DNA of 62,638 nt, filler included, from Sphacelaria rigidula (taxonomy: Eukaryota), in assembly GCA_964200075.2 (NCBI GenBank). It is 9 parts of 9 records of this genome, joined end to end, with 100 filler letters (N's around TTAATTAATTAA, not from the genome) between each part and the next. Parts side by side here need not be neighbours in the genome. Positions count along the whole stretch, not along the records: positions 34,856 to 41,726 come from CAXNAA020017657.1; positions 41,827 to 48,697 come from CAXNAA020017658.1; positions 48,798 to 55,668 come from CAXNAA020017659.1; 6 more parts are not named here. One strand, written 5' to 3'. This document shows positions 37,496 through 51,900 of the stretch, piece after piece (the stretch's first letter is position 1; every line of letters starts with the position of its first letter). Made by a program: the position numbers and the translations under genes. A model generated the notes under the pieces. The model made no database searches. It was given only the letters and a program-made list of their open reading frames with translations, and was not told where the DNA came from.

Positions 37496-38030
37496 AGTGT
37501 AAAAGTGGCAAAACAGATTCGACAGCTTGTGTACAAGTAACATGAGCCTCGCGCCTCGCCGTGTTCAATCATGCTCGTGTGCAGACAACATCACGTAGTC
37601 CTGGCCCATTACGTCGCATCGATATAATTCAGTGGAAGAGAAATCGTCTGCACAACGGGCTGCGATTGCAATAGTCCGCGTACTCCCTACCTGCAAGCAT
37701 GAATCGGGGTGTGTTGGGACACATGTTGGTCGGTTCGATTGACACAGGATCGACGTACAGTGAGAAGGGGAGCTTCCGGCACCCTTCCGGGGTGTTTGGT
37801 GCGGGAATTTATGAAAAATCCACGGGCCCGTAAGGGGCGTGTTGAAACAAAAAACATTTAAGCCGCTCTTCTGCTCTGAGAACCGCCCGTGGTGAAAAAT
37901 GAAAAGGGAAACAGCAGTTCAGATCGAGTGTCCCTGAAGACGCGGTGCGTCCTCTGTGCAGTGCAAAACGTTACCAGAGAGAGCGCATCCGCCACAGTAA
38001 GTTGGCTTGGTTTGTCGGTGTGACCTGCAG

Positions 38031-38293
38031 GTGGGGGGGATATGGTTGTGCCGCAAGAGGGCTTGCGTGTGTGCGCGTACCTCAAGCGCCTGATGGTTCG
38101 GTCGCCTTTGCCTAAAACCAGCGTGGATACTGCATTACACATCGAAGACCTGCAGCTAGACTCGATTCGGAGGGTCCGTCAACTCGAAGTGAAAAAGAAG
38201 GCGGCTGCCTTTGAAAAAAACCCAGCTGATCACCCGATAGATCGTGAATACAAACATCAAGTGAAAATCAAGGACCGAAAATACAAGACTTGA
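38031..38293 (+). CDS. Putative terminal exon, unknown protein
   Basis: ctgcag| acceptor then an open frame to TGA (..LHIEDLQLDSIRRVRQLEVKKKAAAFEKNP..). No family recognised. Confidence 0.3.
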
Positions 38294-40589
38294 AAAAACA
38301 AACGTGAGCTTTTGTATGGTTGGTACGTGAACAGCGACCGAGTAAGATAGAAAACCCTACAGCTTGAAGAAAACAAGCTACCTTAAGCCCCAATATGTAG
38401 TGGTAAATGCAATACCGTAGAGCAGTAATGCCGTATACGCCGATGCAAGCAAGCCACACCCTTGAGGGGTGTTAGCCAGCGGTCCTGTGTTGGCTTGCTA
38501 CCCCAATCTGTAGGTTTCAATATCAATACACCAACTTGGCTGCTGGGGAAGTTACACCAGACGCCACGCTCGTGCGTGCAATCGACACACAAAATATAAG
38601 CGAGGGGTTATGGTACACGTGACTCACGTTAGGTAGTCACGGCTTGCAGACCAGTGGGTGTCAGTAGCCAGTAGCGCAGAGGATAACTAGACACCCTTTT
38701 CGTATTAATTCTACGTAATCCAAAATATGGCTAGATGGTCGGAGAACGCAAGTAAACAGGTGTGCGCGCGAGGTCTTTGGCAAAAACCTCTTTTGTAGCC
38801 ACGCATACAAGTGTCATATTACAAAATCAGCCTGACGCGCCATGCTGTGGCCAATCAAAGCGTCAGTAGTAACGTGCGCCCACGACAAATCATGTGCAAA
38901 CCATATCTAACTCCAACTGCTATTTCAACTTACCGCGATCCAGTTTCTGCTTTACACAAGCACACTTTCAACTAGGTATCATCTTCTCTTACTCGCCAGT
39001 CGTTTATGAGAACGATCGTGACATCCCACGGGGCTAATTTAATTCTCGCACGCGGTCATATACCATCACGATACATCTACCGTTAAACCCTGATTATTCC
39101 ATCTCATCCAATACGATAGCGGCCAACGACGCACGTATCAACCCAGCAGCTGGCGGGTGGTTGATCCACATCCCGCTGGAATATTTTCGCTCAAGATGTA
39201 CAATTCTAGACACGCCTGTCTGTATCCAGACATAGTGGATCCGCAGCTGAAAAGTCCTCATCACATAAGATATGCCTCTCATGGTTGAAGCACTCGCAGA
39301 CTATGATAAGAGGCGAGAGTGCTTCATCCATACCTTCTCCCGCACCACAAAAATAGTAGACCAATTTTAACCGTCGAAGGATCCGGGTACATTAAGGTGC
39401 ACGGTACTCAAACCAAGACAGATGCAGAGGCACTACAAGCAAGGCTCTACCATGACCAGTCGATCGTACGAAATCGGGCCGAAGGATCCGAGAAAAAGGG
39501 CAAAAAAACGAAATGACTCATTTAAAAGTCCAAGTGTTGTTCGACACGGGGAACGATAAGGTCAAACCAACACACAAAAACAAGAGAAAAACGAAAAAAT
39601 GCAGAGTCCTGAATTGCCGTGAGTATTTCAGACAGAATCATGGGAAGTCAGAGGCCAACCATCGAAGCGATCATCATGCACTGCCAAAACTACATCATAT
39701 TTAAAAAACATTACTCTTTTCGGGGATTCCATTTTTTTCTTTCGTTTCTTTGGGAAAAACAACCAAGCAAGCCCGCCAAGGCATTTTATCACTTCAAAAA
39801 CCAGTATATGCTAATCACTCGCCTCAGTCAATCGGCAAAATCTACAACGTTCAGCTGATTCGTCGCGGAAAAAATAGTTTCCTGCAAGAACCGTACGTTG
39901 AGAAAAAAACGAAAAACGCATGATACGGACAAGCCAACTCGATTAACGTGAGTTTATTGTCAGTACACGTGTGTGAGGGTGCAAAGTATTGCTAAATACG
40001 CCTGGTTGATGATTCAATCGTACAGCAGTTCTCACGCCAACGATATACGAAAACAGCCGGCCAATTTGAGAGGTCGGGTGTTAGTACACGTCAAAAGAAA
40101 CTGAAATGAATTTTTCCAACTACAGAGTGACGCCTTCGGCGGTACCACCTGCTCACTGCACAGCAGCAGGGTGCAGGGTGATAAAGCACACCGCAGGACG
40201 TCACAGCCTTAGCCTATCGCTCTCCTGCATTGATTTCGCGCTGTCCGCTGCAGTCGCCACATCATGAACGCAGCCACTTGTACCTGCAGCCAACGTGTAC
40301 GTGGGATATCACCCCTCGCTACGCGCTATATCGCTACGCCACACTTCGTATAGCTATTCGTGTTGCAGCTGCAGGGTGCGTTTACCCCCGGTGGCGCACG
40401 CAGGAGCGAAAGACCGCATCCGCCGCTGTAATGACTGCCTGTACCTTGGGCGAAGCTGTATGGTAACACAGGCGCTATGGCGCGAAAGCCGCCTGTAGCA
40501 GACTGTCGTCTCGAAGTGTGGCGTTGCCCTTACCGGGTTGAAGTACGAGTACTGTATTACACAAATTACAGTCGGCAATATATTATATA

Positions 40590-40830
40590 CTGTGCAAAAA
40601 AAAATCGACCTAACGGTCGACGAGGGAGAGGGACTGCTGAAGCCCTCTTATGATAAAAGAGAGAGGAAAGCACCACAGAAGGAGGGTGGAGAACCAAACA
40701 AAACAAAAAAGGGTGACACTCCTGTGCTGGCCTTCTCCCTGTGTGACCCCGGCTGGTGCGCCCACATATACTGAAAGGTGGGGACCGGCGTCCAGAGTAG
40801 ATGAGACAACACACACAACACACTGTGCAC
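40590..40830 (+). mobile_element. SINE copy, 5'-truncated
   Basis: Same body and tail as 32960-33205. Confidence 0.8.
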
Positions 40831-41105
40831 AGTACACTTCAAACGTCGTGTTCGTCTTGACTGTAGATATATTTATCCGGGCTCGTGTACATTTCCACAT
40901 ATATGTAATGTTACTCAGTGAGATGGTGAAAAATCCACGACATGTGGGCGAACTGCAGGGGAGGCAATCGCCAAAATATTTACCTGCAAACTCTGCTCAA
41001 GTGCACTGCGGGTTGATATCGCTAGACGTACACTGCCATAACCACCTTGCCGGCTGCCAGACTGTCAGGATTTAAGATTGGCTAGCATTACTACTCCCTG
41101 TACAG

Positions 41106-41251
41106 GGATGTCGCGTCCTTATCGGGTACGTGGAGAAGGATCCGTGGCAGAACGCCATGGTCGCGTCACGCAGCTGCACGCTGGGCGTTCTCACTGAGGA
41201 CTTCGCTTTGAAAGATGATACTGGGTGGGAAGCAGCAACTGCTCTGTCCAC
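41106..41251 (+). CDS. Putative internal exon, unknown protein
   Basis: tacag|GCRVLIGYVEKDPWQNAMVASRSCTLGVLTEDFALKDDTGWEAATALS|gtgcgt. Confidence 0.3.
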
Positions 41252-41826
41252 GTGCGTTTGGTTTCTGTTTGACAGTTTCCCCGAGAGAACCGAAATCAAT
41301 AGGGTTTTAGAATGGATAAATATAGCAAGAAACGAGTCGCCAAAAACTGGCGGGTCGAAGTTTTCACCGGGAGCACAAACCAAGCTCACGACGTGAAATT
41401 GGAATTTGGTCATGATCCGAATGCTTCCTTATATATACTGTATCCGAGTGTTTGCTGACGCTTGATAGGGAATCAGCACCAACCATGGCTGGGCAACTCT
41501 AGGAATACGTGGGTATTTACTCCACCCCGGTTTGGGTATCTTGGAAATTGAACACCAACGTTACACCCAAGGTTTGGGTACATTGGATCCGGCTGTAATG
41601 CGTGAGAGGACCGCGTGCTTAGGGGACCGTATCGTAGTTCAAAACGCCTCAGGATCTACATATAATAGCATTTTCGTGAGATTGAGAGTAGATGATACGA
41701 TTGAGAGTGGCTTTGATCATTCGCTTNNNNNNNNNNNNNNNNNNNNNNNNNNNNNNNNNNNNNNNNNNNNTTAATTAATTAANNNNNNNNNNNNNNNNNN
41801 NNNNNNNNNNNNNNNNNNNNNNNNNN

Positions 41827-42025
41827 CCTTGCCAGGCTCCGATATTTTCTTGAGTTGCTTGTTGGTAGCAACGAAAATAGGGTGGATATACTGCTCCTCT
41901 ACAACATGGTCGATGGAATGAAGGGCGTCCTCCGGAGTGTCGTTTATTTTATACTTCCCCCAGACGGGAATGTCCGGAATGGCGACCTCTTGGCCTTGTT
42001 TCGCGATCACGTGCAGCCTGTTGAC
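41827..42025 (-). CDS. Putative exon truncated by contig end, unknown protein
   Basis: atcag|VNRLHVIAKQGQEVAIPDIPVWGKYKINDTPEDALHSIDHVVEEQYIHPIFVATNKQLKKISEPGK. Same strand as, and downstream of, the repeat gene. Confidence 0.4.
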
Positions 42026-42286
42026 CTGATCTAGACTCGAAAAATGTGATCAAATTGGATTGCACCCGCGGCGGAGGTAAATGCTCGAGGCGCGGTTCCT
42101 AGTCACGCCGCGAAGAGGGGAAGCAATAATGTGTAATAGACTTCAAGCATTCACTGTGGACGTGTGAAAACGATGATACGAGATCTCGCGACAAACACCC
42201 CCCCTCAAACTCTTAGCGATACACACTCTGCATGATCCCAAACGAAGGATTCGAAGCGCGATAGGCATTCCGTTTGACATGCCATG

Positions 42287-45200
42287 CCCGTTTCTTTCGA
42301 AATATCCGCGTCGCGACTTAAAGGTTGGGAGGTGACAAGTCGACCCTCGAGTGATGGCCTTCCCACTCGCCTGTCCCATAATTTAAGGTACCGAAGGGCA
42401 ATACGTTGTCTGGGTGTAATGGTCGCTGTGACGGCTTCGCAGACGGGTTCGTTACAAAGTCAGAGGGCAGACTTAGCCGACGTAAAGAGAGAATTTCGAG
42501 TTTTTTACTTGAAATGGGCCGAAATATACCCCAGCATCGCGCTTATTCTACCACTTCGAAGCACTCGTCGAAGGTTTTGGCCTTTGTCGAGCCGAAACAG
42601 CGCTGGTTTTACCAGCAAGGTTTGTCAGTTAAGAAGGCAGTTGGGTCAGCACACGGTAATACGTAAAGCTAGTGACTGATTCGCGATCGTGATTATTGTT
42701 TACTGGTTTTGGATAATGTTGTTTCTCTCTGGAGTTTAGAAAGGGGGGTGTGCGACCATTTTCAGGCCTGATTATTTGTTTTCATTCGCACGAAGCAAGC
42801 ACCAAATGTAGACAAGATATGTTTTTAACCGAAAATATAATACAAAGATACAAAGCCAAAATCCGGGCGAGGTGATGGGCCCGTACAGTTTAAGGTATCC
42901 TCTTGTATGGTACAGAGGAGGTATATTTGACTCACAAATGCGTCAAGAAATGTGCAAAAAGAACAAAACTGGTGCGTATGTTCCCGTTAGCCTGATCACC
43001 ACCTTGTCCTCACTGTGCGACCCTCAGACGGCGAAGAAGCAGGTAAACAAGACTCGATGTGAACACCGTTTGGGTCGCCCGAAGCACTCTCACCTCCACT
43101 GTGTATCCGAACGGCTGCACGGCGGTCTTCATGACCTCTTCAGCAGAAGTACCGGCGGCAGAAGTCAGCAATGCCGGCGGGATCGTGTCGGCTGGTAGCT
43201 TCGACGGGAGCAACCCTGGGCCCACATACACTGCGCCGCCGATATCGTGCTGTCGAGAAAAAGAGGGTGAAAATGAGCCCAACGGCAGTTGGGAAGATTG
43301 GTGAGAGTTTATGTCACCTCTCACAAACGAAAACCTGTTACACGTGCGTTTATCGCGTTCCATTGTTTCCTCCATGTTTCGCTCAAAGACTCGAAGGTCC
43401 CTCTTTGTGTCATCTGCGAACGGCGGTGAGGGCAAGATCTCTGGTATGTCAAGTATGAACTAAGATTCAAAATCAGGGACGGCCGGCAGCAAGTCTCTGC
43501 TTCGTCTCTGAAGTGCAGATGTATGTGGGTCGTGGTGTTTTACACTCCTCAACCAGCACTACCGGGAAAGATACAGTTGACTTCCGTGTCTGAGCCTCAA
43601 GGCCGGTCACCGATCGGCTCGTGACAGCGAATATATGTCTCAACTTTCTCAGGATAGAGTCAACTACCGACGGGGAGTAACGCACCAGCTCCAAGGGCCG
43701 TGGAAGTCTTCCCCTGTGGACCGCCTCGAATTCCTTCATGGCATCGCCTTCCTGTTCTTCAGCCGGCAGGCTTTCTCTTGTCTCTGATATCGTCTTGTCC
43801 ACGGACGATCTATAGTCCCCCAAGAACAGCTGGAAATATTCCGACCCGTACGTACCGTCTATCATTTTGTGCACGCCGCTGTTCACAGAAATCGGAATCG
43901 AAAACATCAAACGTCGCACCATATTCTGTGCCAGGTCGACCAGTATGCAGTGATATTTACGTACACTGCGGCGCATGCTTACGTTGTCTCGATATAGACA
44001 AAGCGCCTTACCTCGGGCGGCGGCCGGGCTACAGATTAACGGCACTCACTCCTTAAACCTGTCCGTCCTAGCAAGACTAGGCACCACGCTCTCGGTTCTC
44101 TCCACCAGGTTGTGCCCGATGCGAGCGTTTTTGGTGATCCGATCCCAATCTTTCGGTGGGGGTGTCATCTTGTTCGCCCTCGAATGTCTGTCGTGGTACG
44201 GTCGAAAATCGAGGATGGTTGTTGTTTGGGTACCGTTCTTGCGATATTTCATAAGCATCGCGATACATTCGAAATAAAAACACCTCTGCACCTTCCGCCT
44301 GTGATGTGTGCTCTCGCTCATCCTTGGAAACATTCATCTGCAATTCGTGACCTCCGGTGTGTATACGGGTCAATATCGTTCTCCAGTGGTTCCGGTACAA
44401 AACACTGTTGATCTTATATTTTGTTTGCTACGATGAGTGAGGTCACACACCACACCCGGAGAATGCTCTTGCATTTTAATTTCGAAACCTTTTCGATGAA
44501 TATGAAGGTTTCCGAGGTTCGTCCTCTACCAAAAAATATATCCTCAATTTTGGAAATAGGCTGTTTCGAGCGGAGGGGGGGGTCTGCGTGGTTATACCCT
44601 GGATATATTGGTTCTGACGGTCCATCAAACAAGATACATGCCACATGACACACTCTCGTCATCCTTCGGTGCGGCGAAATAATGGAAGCGACTGGATGTA
44701 CCGCCGGTGCATACCTTACTAGCATATTGACGGCGATCGATTGCGCTGCGGGTTTGGCGTGTAGATCGCTGTAAGCCTTGCTCTTCAGGTACGTCAGCGA
44801 AATACATTTCGCGTTGATACCGGGGTCCGACGTCTGGGTTGCCCAGGCAATGGCTTTCATTGCTTCCGGTGTAATGGCGAAGCAGGCCTTTCGCCAGTGC
44901 CGCATCGTCACCAGCGACAGAGAATTCAAACCCAGCTGTTTTCGGTGACGAGAGGGCACCATCGGACCGCGGAGAAAAATATATAGCAGATGCGGTGAAT
45001 CCGAGTCGGCCGTTTCAGTGTCCGTGGAAGTTCAAAATGACTCATAGTACCGTACACAACTTCTCCCGACTAAACAGAATATCGGTACCGGCCCCCATAT
45101 CGAATCGTCGCCCCCCCGCTCCAGAGCGGCAACTTCACTGCATACGTTCAACTTCACTTCATACGTGGTCGAGGTATGTCGTGTTCGCTGCACACTGGGT

Positions 45201-48200
45201 TGTTTCTCGGCGTATGAGCGGGTGGAAAACGCAGTACACGCGTCGTAAACCCTCCGGCAACTAGTTTACAACAACACAAGCGGACTTGACTCGGTGCCGA
45301 GATGTAACATAAATGACCCGCGGCGCACATATGATACAATACGAATTTCAATTTCACCCAATGCCCACTACCGTCCCCGTGTAATGCATACCCGGTTTTG
45401 TAGTACCCCGTCTTTCACATTCCATTACTCACGCTCGTGAACTCCTTTGCTATTTGCTCTCCCATAACGGCATCACTCCCCGTCCTCTCCTGGATCGACG
45501 TTATGATCCCAACGTTCATGTAAAGCTTGTCGTACGTGTTGCGGGGGGACAGAGTCTCGGCGACATCGTTTGAAGCTGTTCGAAGGCAGGCAGGCAGCAG
45601 CAACGCCTGCTTCTTCACTGTTGTGGTATGCAGGCTGCAGGCGGCGGTGCAGTGGATTGTGCAAGGGAGGGGTGGGGGGTGGGGGGGGGGGATAGAGCGA
45701 GGGACGGCGAAAACACCCTAATATCGCGGTTAGTTGAAGGTCACGATCGGTACACGTTACCCATAAAGCCATCTGTACTCGTAATTCGACAACGTATCTG
45801 GGCCATATCAGTCTCGCATGAGTACTAATAAGCCAAGTTATTCGATCATATCTAACTTTGTAGCTAGTACAACTGTGTTACCCGTCAGGCAGGTGAGAAG
45901 ACCTAAGATTGCGGTATTTGTTGACATGTGTTCCATTCTCTGATCACGCTTCGGGTGCACATGACCACTTGCACTCAGGATCACAGGATATTTGTCGCGA
46001 CATTCTGACGGTCAGGGCATGTTGATTTGTGGTATCGGAAAGATTGATCTAAACGTGGAATAACGCCAACTTCATCGTTGCTGTCCAAACATGACCACCC
46101 CGCCCATTCTGTCATAAACGTATTGGCATCGCCTTCTCTCAAACACTCACTTACCAGAGGAATTAGTGTGGAGAGGGCGTTTATGCCTATCACAGAGGCG
46201 GGCCGCCTCGTGTTCGCAACCTCGGTTGAACCCACGGAGCGGAGCATCGAATCATGTGGTCATACGGGCGGCTTGACTAAAAGAAAACAGAGAGCACGTG
46301 CCGTACCGAAAACCCGGTGAAGACATGGGGTCGATGTATGTTTCTGACGGCTTGGTGTGTAATCGTTTCTTTACAAGAGCGTTTGCTGCGTCGAAGAACC
46401 TCGTTGAGAACGCCAAGAGGAACCCGGTGCTCCATCGGTATCGAGAACCACGTGAGTACAGTATCTTATATCTCGTCGCCAAGTTTGGGCAGATGTGTGA
46501 CGACCGCTGTCGCGTAGCAAAGCGAACATATTATCATGTAGACTTCACACAATATACGGCGGTACTGTACTAGGCGAGCGCGACGTCAGAATAGACCGAA
46601 AATGTGTGCTACCACAGCCTGCTGTAACCGTGCTTTACTGTAGCGCCGGCCAACACATACCGGCTCACTGTTTCTTCCCGTCGTACCCAGCGAAAACAAT
46701 CGGTACAGGTTTGAATCTTCAAATCGACTACTGTATCCAGGTTTACTGTGTTGTGGCCGCGGTCCGCCTCGGGACAGTTTAATAGGCTGACAGTCCAGGA
46801 ATATTCGCGGGTTTCCAGATATCAGGGGAAGTTATACGAAGAGCCGGAGAGCTCAATAAGTCAACCATTTGTTTTTGGAAGCAAAGGCTCCGCTCGCAGT
46901 CGTTCGGGTGTACCTGGCCCTTCTCGCGTTGCCAGAATAGCTTCACACTGTCTGTAGTGCTGCTGGGAAACACGAAGCAGAGACATCAACAGCGTGCATG
47001 CAACTACGGAACTGAAAGGTGCTTGTCGAAGACATCCTGTTCCATACTATACTGACTTTGCATGCACTTGACTGCGGGCTCAAAACCGGTCAGGGACGTT
47101 CCTGTATTGTTTTGTTGTCTATACATGGGTCCTACATTCACGTGTCGCAAAAATTATATCCACCTATATAGGCGGATCCTTGTTTCCACCGTAACCTTTT
47201 ATCATGACCGATCCCGCCTTGTTTTTCTTAACTCGGGAGCCCACATGTTTTTAATCAGCTGCCCGTTACGCATGTGTGCAAACAAAGTGAAGCCTTCACG
47301 TGTAGTACCGTGGTGCAGACAGTAGTCAGTAGTCATATCCTCTGCATCTGCATCCACTGCCATGGATGTGCAGCTGCATGTGACCTCGAACCCCACAGTG
47401 AAGACGGTATATTTTACTGTACTGTATTGGCAAAGGACAGCTACCTACTGTGCTCGCGCGTACAGACGGTGCTTGTAACCTGGCAGAGTACAGCCTGTAC
47501 TCGGACATGGAGTAGTACAAGATAACAAGTACAGACTACAGCTGTACCGTGTTTGCGAAGCACGGTCTATAGTTGTAATGTCGTACTGCTCGCAAAATCC
47601 ACGGCCTGTATCGTGAATACTCCTGCCTGCTGCAACACCCTGGCACTGATCGTACTACTTTCATACCGTAAGGTCTACATCGTACAGAATGTGTCATGCC
47701 CATCATCTCGAGAAAAAAATGTCATCATCCACGGCACCACCGGAGGATGATAGATCGAAGTGAGTGTTTTCCGTCGTGCTCAAGATTGACTCGTGCTGGC
47801 TCGACTTCGATACTCCGTCGGTCCTCTTTATGTTTGTCTCTGCGGTATACACTCATTTATTTTGTCTTGTCTGCTACGTACTTACCGTTTCCTTTAAATT
47901 GTGCAATCATTTTTAATGGACGTTCAGAGTGGGAGGGGGGTTGGGGGTTGCCATTTCGGCCCAGATCTTAATCATCGAGGGGTTAGAGTTAGGACCGATA
48001 GATTGATGAAGGCAAGACATCTCAGGTGCATTGTTTGCCCACAGTGGCGTGCTCACAGGCATTGTTTTGTTGGATTTTGGACGGGAGGCCCTGATCCCGA
48101 CGAATTTCGTTGAAAAATATCTTGTACTTTTGCGTTCACATGTTCGTAAAAAGGCGTGTGGTATTATGACGAAAGAATGAGTCTGAATCTCCAACATGGC

Positions 48201-48669
48201 ATTATCCAACCCAGTCTACATGCGGTTTTGTCGTACCACATGGACACATGGAACACCTCTAAGGGAATCTGCACAGTGGCCGCAGGCGGCACATAGGCAG
48301 TATGCGCAATTTATGCGCATGATATGCCCACTACGCCTTTCACAACACAAAATAAGCGTCTTTAAAAACACAGAAATGAGGCGCAAAAATCGGAATTACG
48401 CGAAGCCTCAGGGGCGCATAAGAGGCAAAAGCCAAAGTATTATTGCTGAATTGGGTTTCTCACCGTGATGCCCTCGGAAGACCCTATTCGTGAGGTTCAG
48501 AGGCTGGTTTCAGATTCAGAGTGGATGATCTAGCGTTCCGAACAGGTAACTCTTTTTCCTTTTCTTTTCCTTGAGCACACGTGCTGTGTATGCAGCTACC
48601 GTACAGTACCCCATTCGAGTATTTCGGCGGTCTGGTTGGTGAGATACTGCACAAAGCATTTTTACGCCT
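42287..48669 (-). mobile_element. Large unclassified dispersed repeat, copy B
   Basis: Collinear with 21555-27784. Retains ~43345-43500, which is missing or replaced in copy A. Ends at a poly-G tract where copy A also breaks. Confidence 0.75.
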
Positions 48670-48959
48670 GGGGGGGGGGGGGGGGGGCACTTACTGCNNN
48701 NNNNNNNNNNNNNNNNNNNNNNNNNNNNNNNNNNNNNNNNNTTAATTAATTAANNNNNNNNNNNNNNNNNNNNNNNNNNNNNNNNNNNNNNNNNNNNGTA
48801 GGGATGCGAGGTCAATGGTCTTATGACTATGGCATGCATGATCATGAGTACACTCCCCCCCCCTATCGTAGCATGACTCAAATGCCCTTCTAAGCTTTAT
48901 CGACTAACAAGCCTAAGGATGACCATATTGTTGTCGAATGAATTGCATCAGATCGAACT

Positions 48960-51900
48960 CCCTACTACCATCGCCTATTTGAAATGATAGGGTCCACCAC
49001 AACAATAATGAAAAACGGTGCATTCATTATCCTGCCTCAGAGAAAATCACGATGCCTCTCGAAACTCTCTCTACCAATGACTTTGGTCAGAATATTCGCA
49101 GGCTGTTTTTTCTATTGGAGGTACTCCACAGATATGCCACCCCTAGCAACCAGCTCTCTGAGAAAATGGTACCGTACATCGATGTGCTTGCTGTTGGACG
49201 AGCTCAAGGGGCTTTCAGCGAAGCCGATCGCCCCATTGTTGTCCTCGAAACCGCCAACCCTTTTCTACCTCAATCTGGGCTCTAGGAGCTTCAGAATTCC
49301 CCTCAGATACAGGGACTTTTTACACCGTCTGCCATTGCTATTATAAATACTCTTCCTCAGTAGTAGATAGGGTGTTGCACTTCTGCGTCCTCGAGAACCA
49401 ACGCACCAGGGTACCTCCGCAGCGAAAAGCTACCTCGGAAACGGAACGTCGCTCCTCCACCCTATGGGCGTAGCCGGCGTCAACGTACGTATCCAAATCA
49501 AACTCCAACTGAATACATCCCAAGGCGTTACTCTCCTTGGAGAGTAAACCTAATACCGACATAGCATTCACATATTCGAGTATCTTCTATGTCAGCTTGG
49601 GTTCATTAGAGAACCACCCGATTGCCCGAGTTGCATCCGATATATCGGGCCTTGTTTTGTTTGCTATCCACTCCAAGCCCCCCACGATCTCACGGAAAGG
49701 CACATCCACCGCGGTCTCCTCCCAAGTAGCTGCTATTACGATATCTTCAACGTGAACGACCATCATCGCCACAACGTCACCAGCAATTCTTAGTCGATGC
49801 ATACAGAGATCTACCAAGCATCGTTCGAAAGCACCCCACACCAGGGTTGGCGACAATAGTTGACACTATGCACGATCACTCTGCTTCGAACCGTACACAG
49901 CCTTGTTGAGGCGAACTACTTCACCAGATACTGATCCACAACTAGGGGGCAGGCGCAAGTAGAGGTCGATGTCCAACTCCGGCTGAACGAAAGCCTGGTC
50001 TATATCCAAGTGCCTCAAACCCCAGTCTAGCCCACAGGCCATAGCCGTCACTAAACGGTTTGAAGTAACAGCTGTCGTAGGTTAAATGTCTCACACTAAT
50101 CTACTCCTTCTACCTGACCGTACCCCATAGGTACCATATCGGTTTTCGCCTGGTCAACCACACCATATAAATCACGCTTCCACTTATACACCCACTTAAC
50201 GCCCACAATGGTGCACCCGTCTAGAATGTCGGTCACATCCGCAAACGGTCTGGCAGTCAGAAGCCCATTGAACTCTATCTTCATCGCCTCCATTCACAAA
50301 TCCGAGCATTGTGATGAACATGCCGCAGCGTGTGACAGCGTCTCCGGCTCCGTTTTCTTGATGAGGCACTTAGGGAGCTCGCGGGGTAAACGAATGACCT
50401 CTTGTACCGCCAGCAGCCCATGTATTTTTTCCCCTCTTCAACGGTCCCTCAGAAAGGCACGAGTCCACGTGCTTCTCGGTTTAGCACTCGCGTCTGCACT
50501 CCGGTTCGGCCAAGCTCCTCGTCAATTCCAGATCCAAACAGATCTGGCTGAAGTTTGCGCGCCGCAGTCCGCGCTGCCGTTGGAAGTTGAATACGTTCGT
50601 CCGGTGAAGACGAGTTGCTCCCCTTCGCTAAGAGGTCGCCGTCGGCAGACGGCTCAGTGCCCATCGATGGCAAAAAAAATACCTGAGAAAGCGATTGTGT
50701 TGTCGGGAGCCGGCTGGTTTTCATCGCGAAAATAACCCCGCTCATCTTCACCACCATGGTCTGTACTCTTCGCCGCATATGTCACTCGACGTTGCTAGGG
50801 GATTCCTCTCTCCAATAGCGGTAATGGAGTCGGTGGATCAGAATCGAAATCATCCAACCCTCCTGGCTTTGGAGTCTCTCCACGCTCCGACGTTCCTCCC
50901 GGCTGTGACGTCCCTCCGAGATTTGACGCCCCTGCCAGTTTGGGCAAGCCAGCTGCTGCAGTTGTACCGTCGGCGTTACCATGACTGGCGGCGTCCCCAA
51001 GGTGACGTCCCTTGCCTTGACTACTTTATTTGCCCGCGTCAGCATCTGCGATGAATCGCGGGGGTAGTTGATGCCCGGCCCGAGTTGAAAGCTACTCTCG
51101 CACTTGGGGAACGACTTCGACAGTCGGTTCCAGCGGTAATGGCCCGGACGAAGAAACGCATGTGGTGACGAAGGTGCTGCCTTACTGTGCCACATCTCGT
51201 CCGGCGACTCGTTACCTCGGTTGGACACCGTATAGATGTAACCAAGGGCGTCACATGCCCAGTATATCGCCTCAACCTAGAGGGTCTCCGATGGTGGCAG
51301 CTTGACACGTGGAAAGAGGATGGGGGCTTGGATGCGAGCGGCAAGTGCGGCGTTTTGAACTATACCTGAAGCTCTTTCAGCAACCCCGTTCAGTTCCGGA
51401 CACTCCACGCTGGTGCCTTCCTGCTTAATACATACAATAGTGCTTACACACGCATTGAAAATCACCACCGAAAAATTCACCTCCGTCGTCAGACCTGACT
51501 TCTATCACTTCCGAACGTACACCATCCGCACGTGCGTTAGCCAAACACTTCCTGCAGGCGTATCAGATGTACGCTCGAGAAAGTATGCCCACGCGTACCG
51601 GGTGAAATCGCCCTTCGCTGTCATTACATACTTCTTCCCTAGCAACGAAGAATTCCTCTTAGGACCGCCAAGGTCAATGGAAACTCTCCCTAGCCTTGGA
51701 AGCGCACGATTTCGTGCAGTTTGCGATTGGTTCTCGGTACCGCTTTGCCACAGAACATTCTGTACACTGTTTAAAGTTACCTAGTAACTCTATACCCGAC
51801 GATTTTGTTGTCTCTCTCGATAGAAACTTCTTGGCATGACCCTGTAAGCAGTGGAAAACGTTGATGTCCATGGCAGTCTCGCGCGAGTCAGCACTACTAA

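Noticed and set aside
48853..48880. Polypurine tract and 3' LTR of the copia element
   Set aside because: No match to sequence upstream of gag (53280-53660). The motif recurs elsewhere as a TIR.
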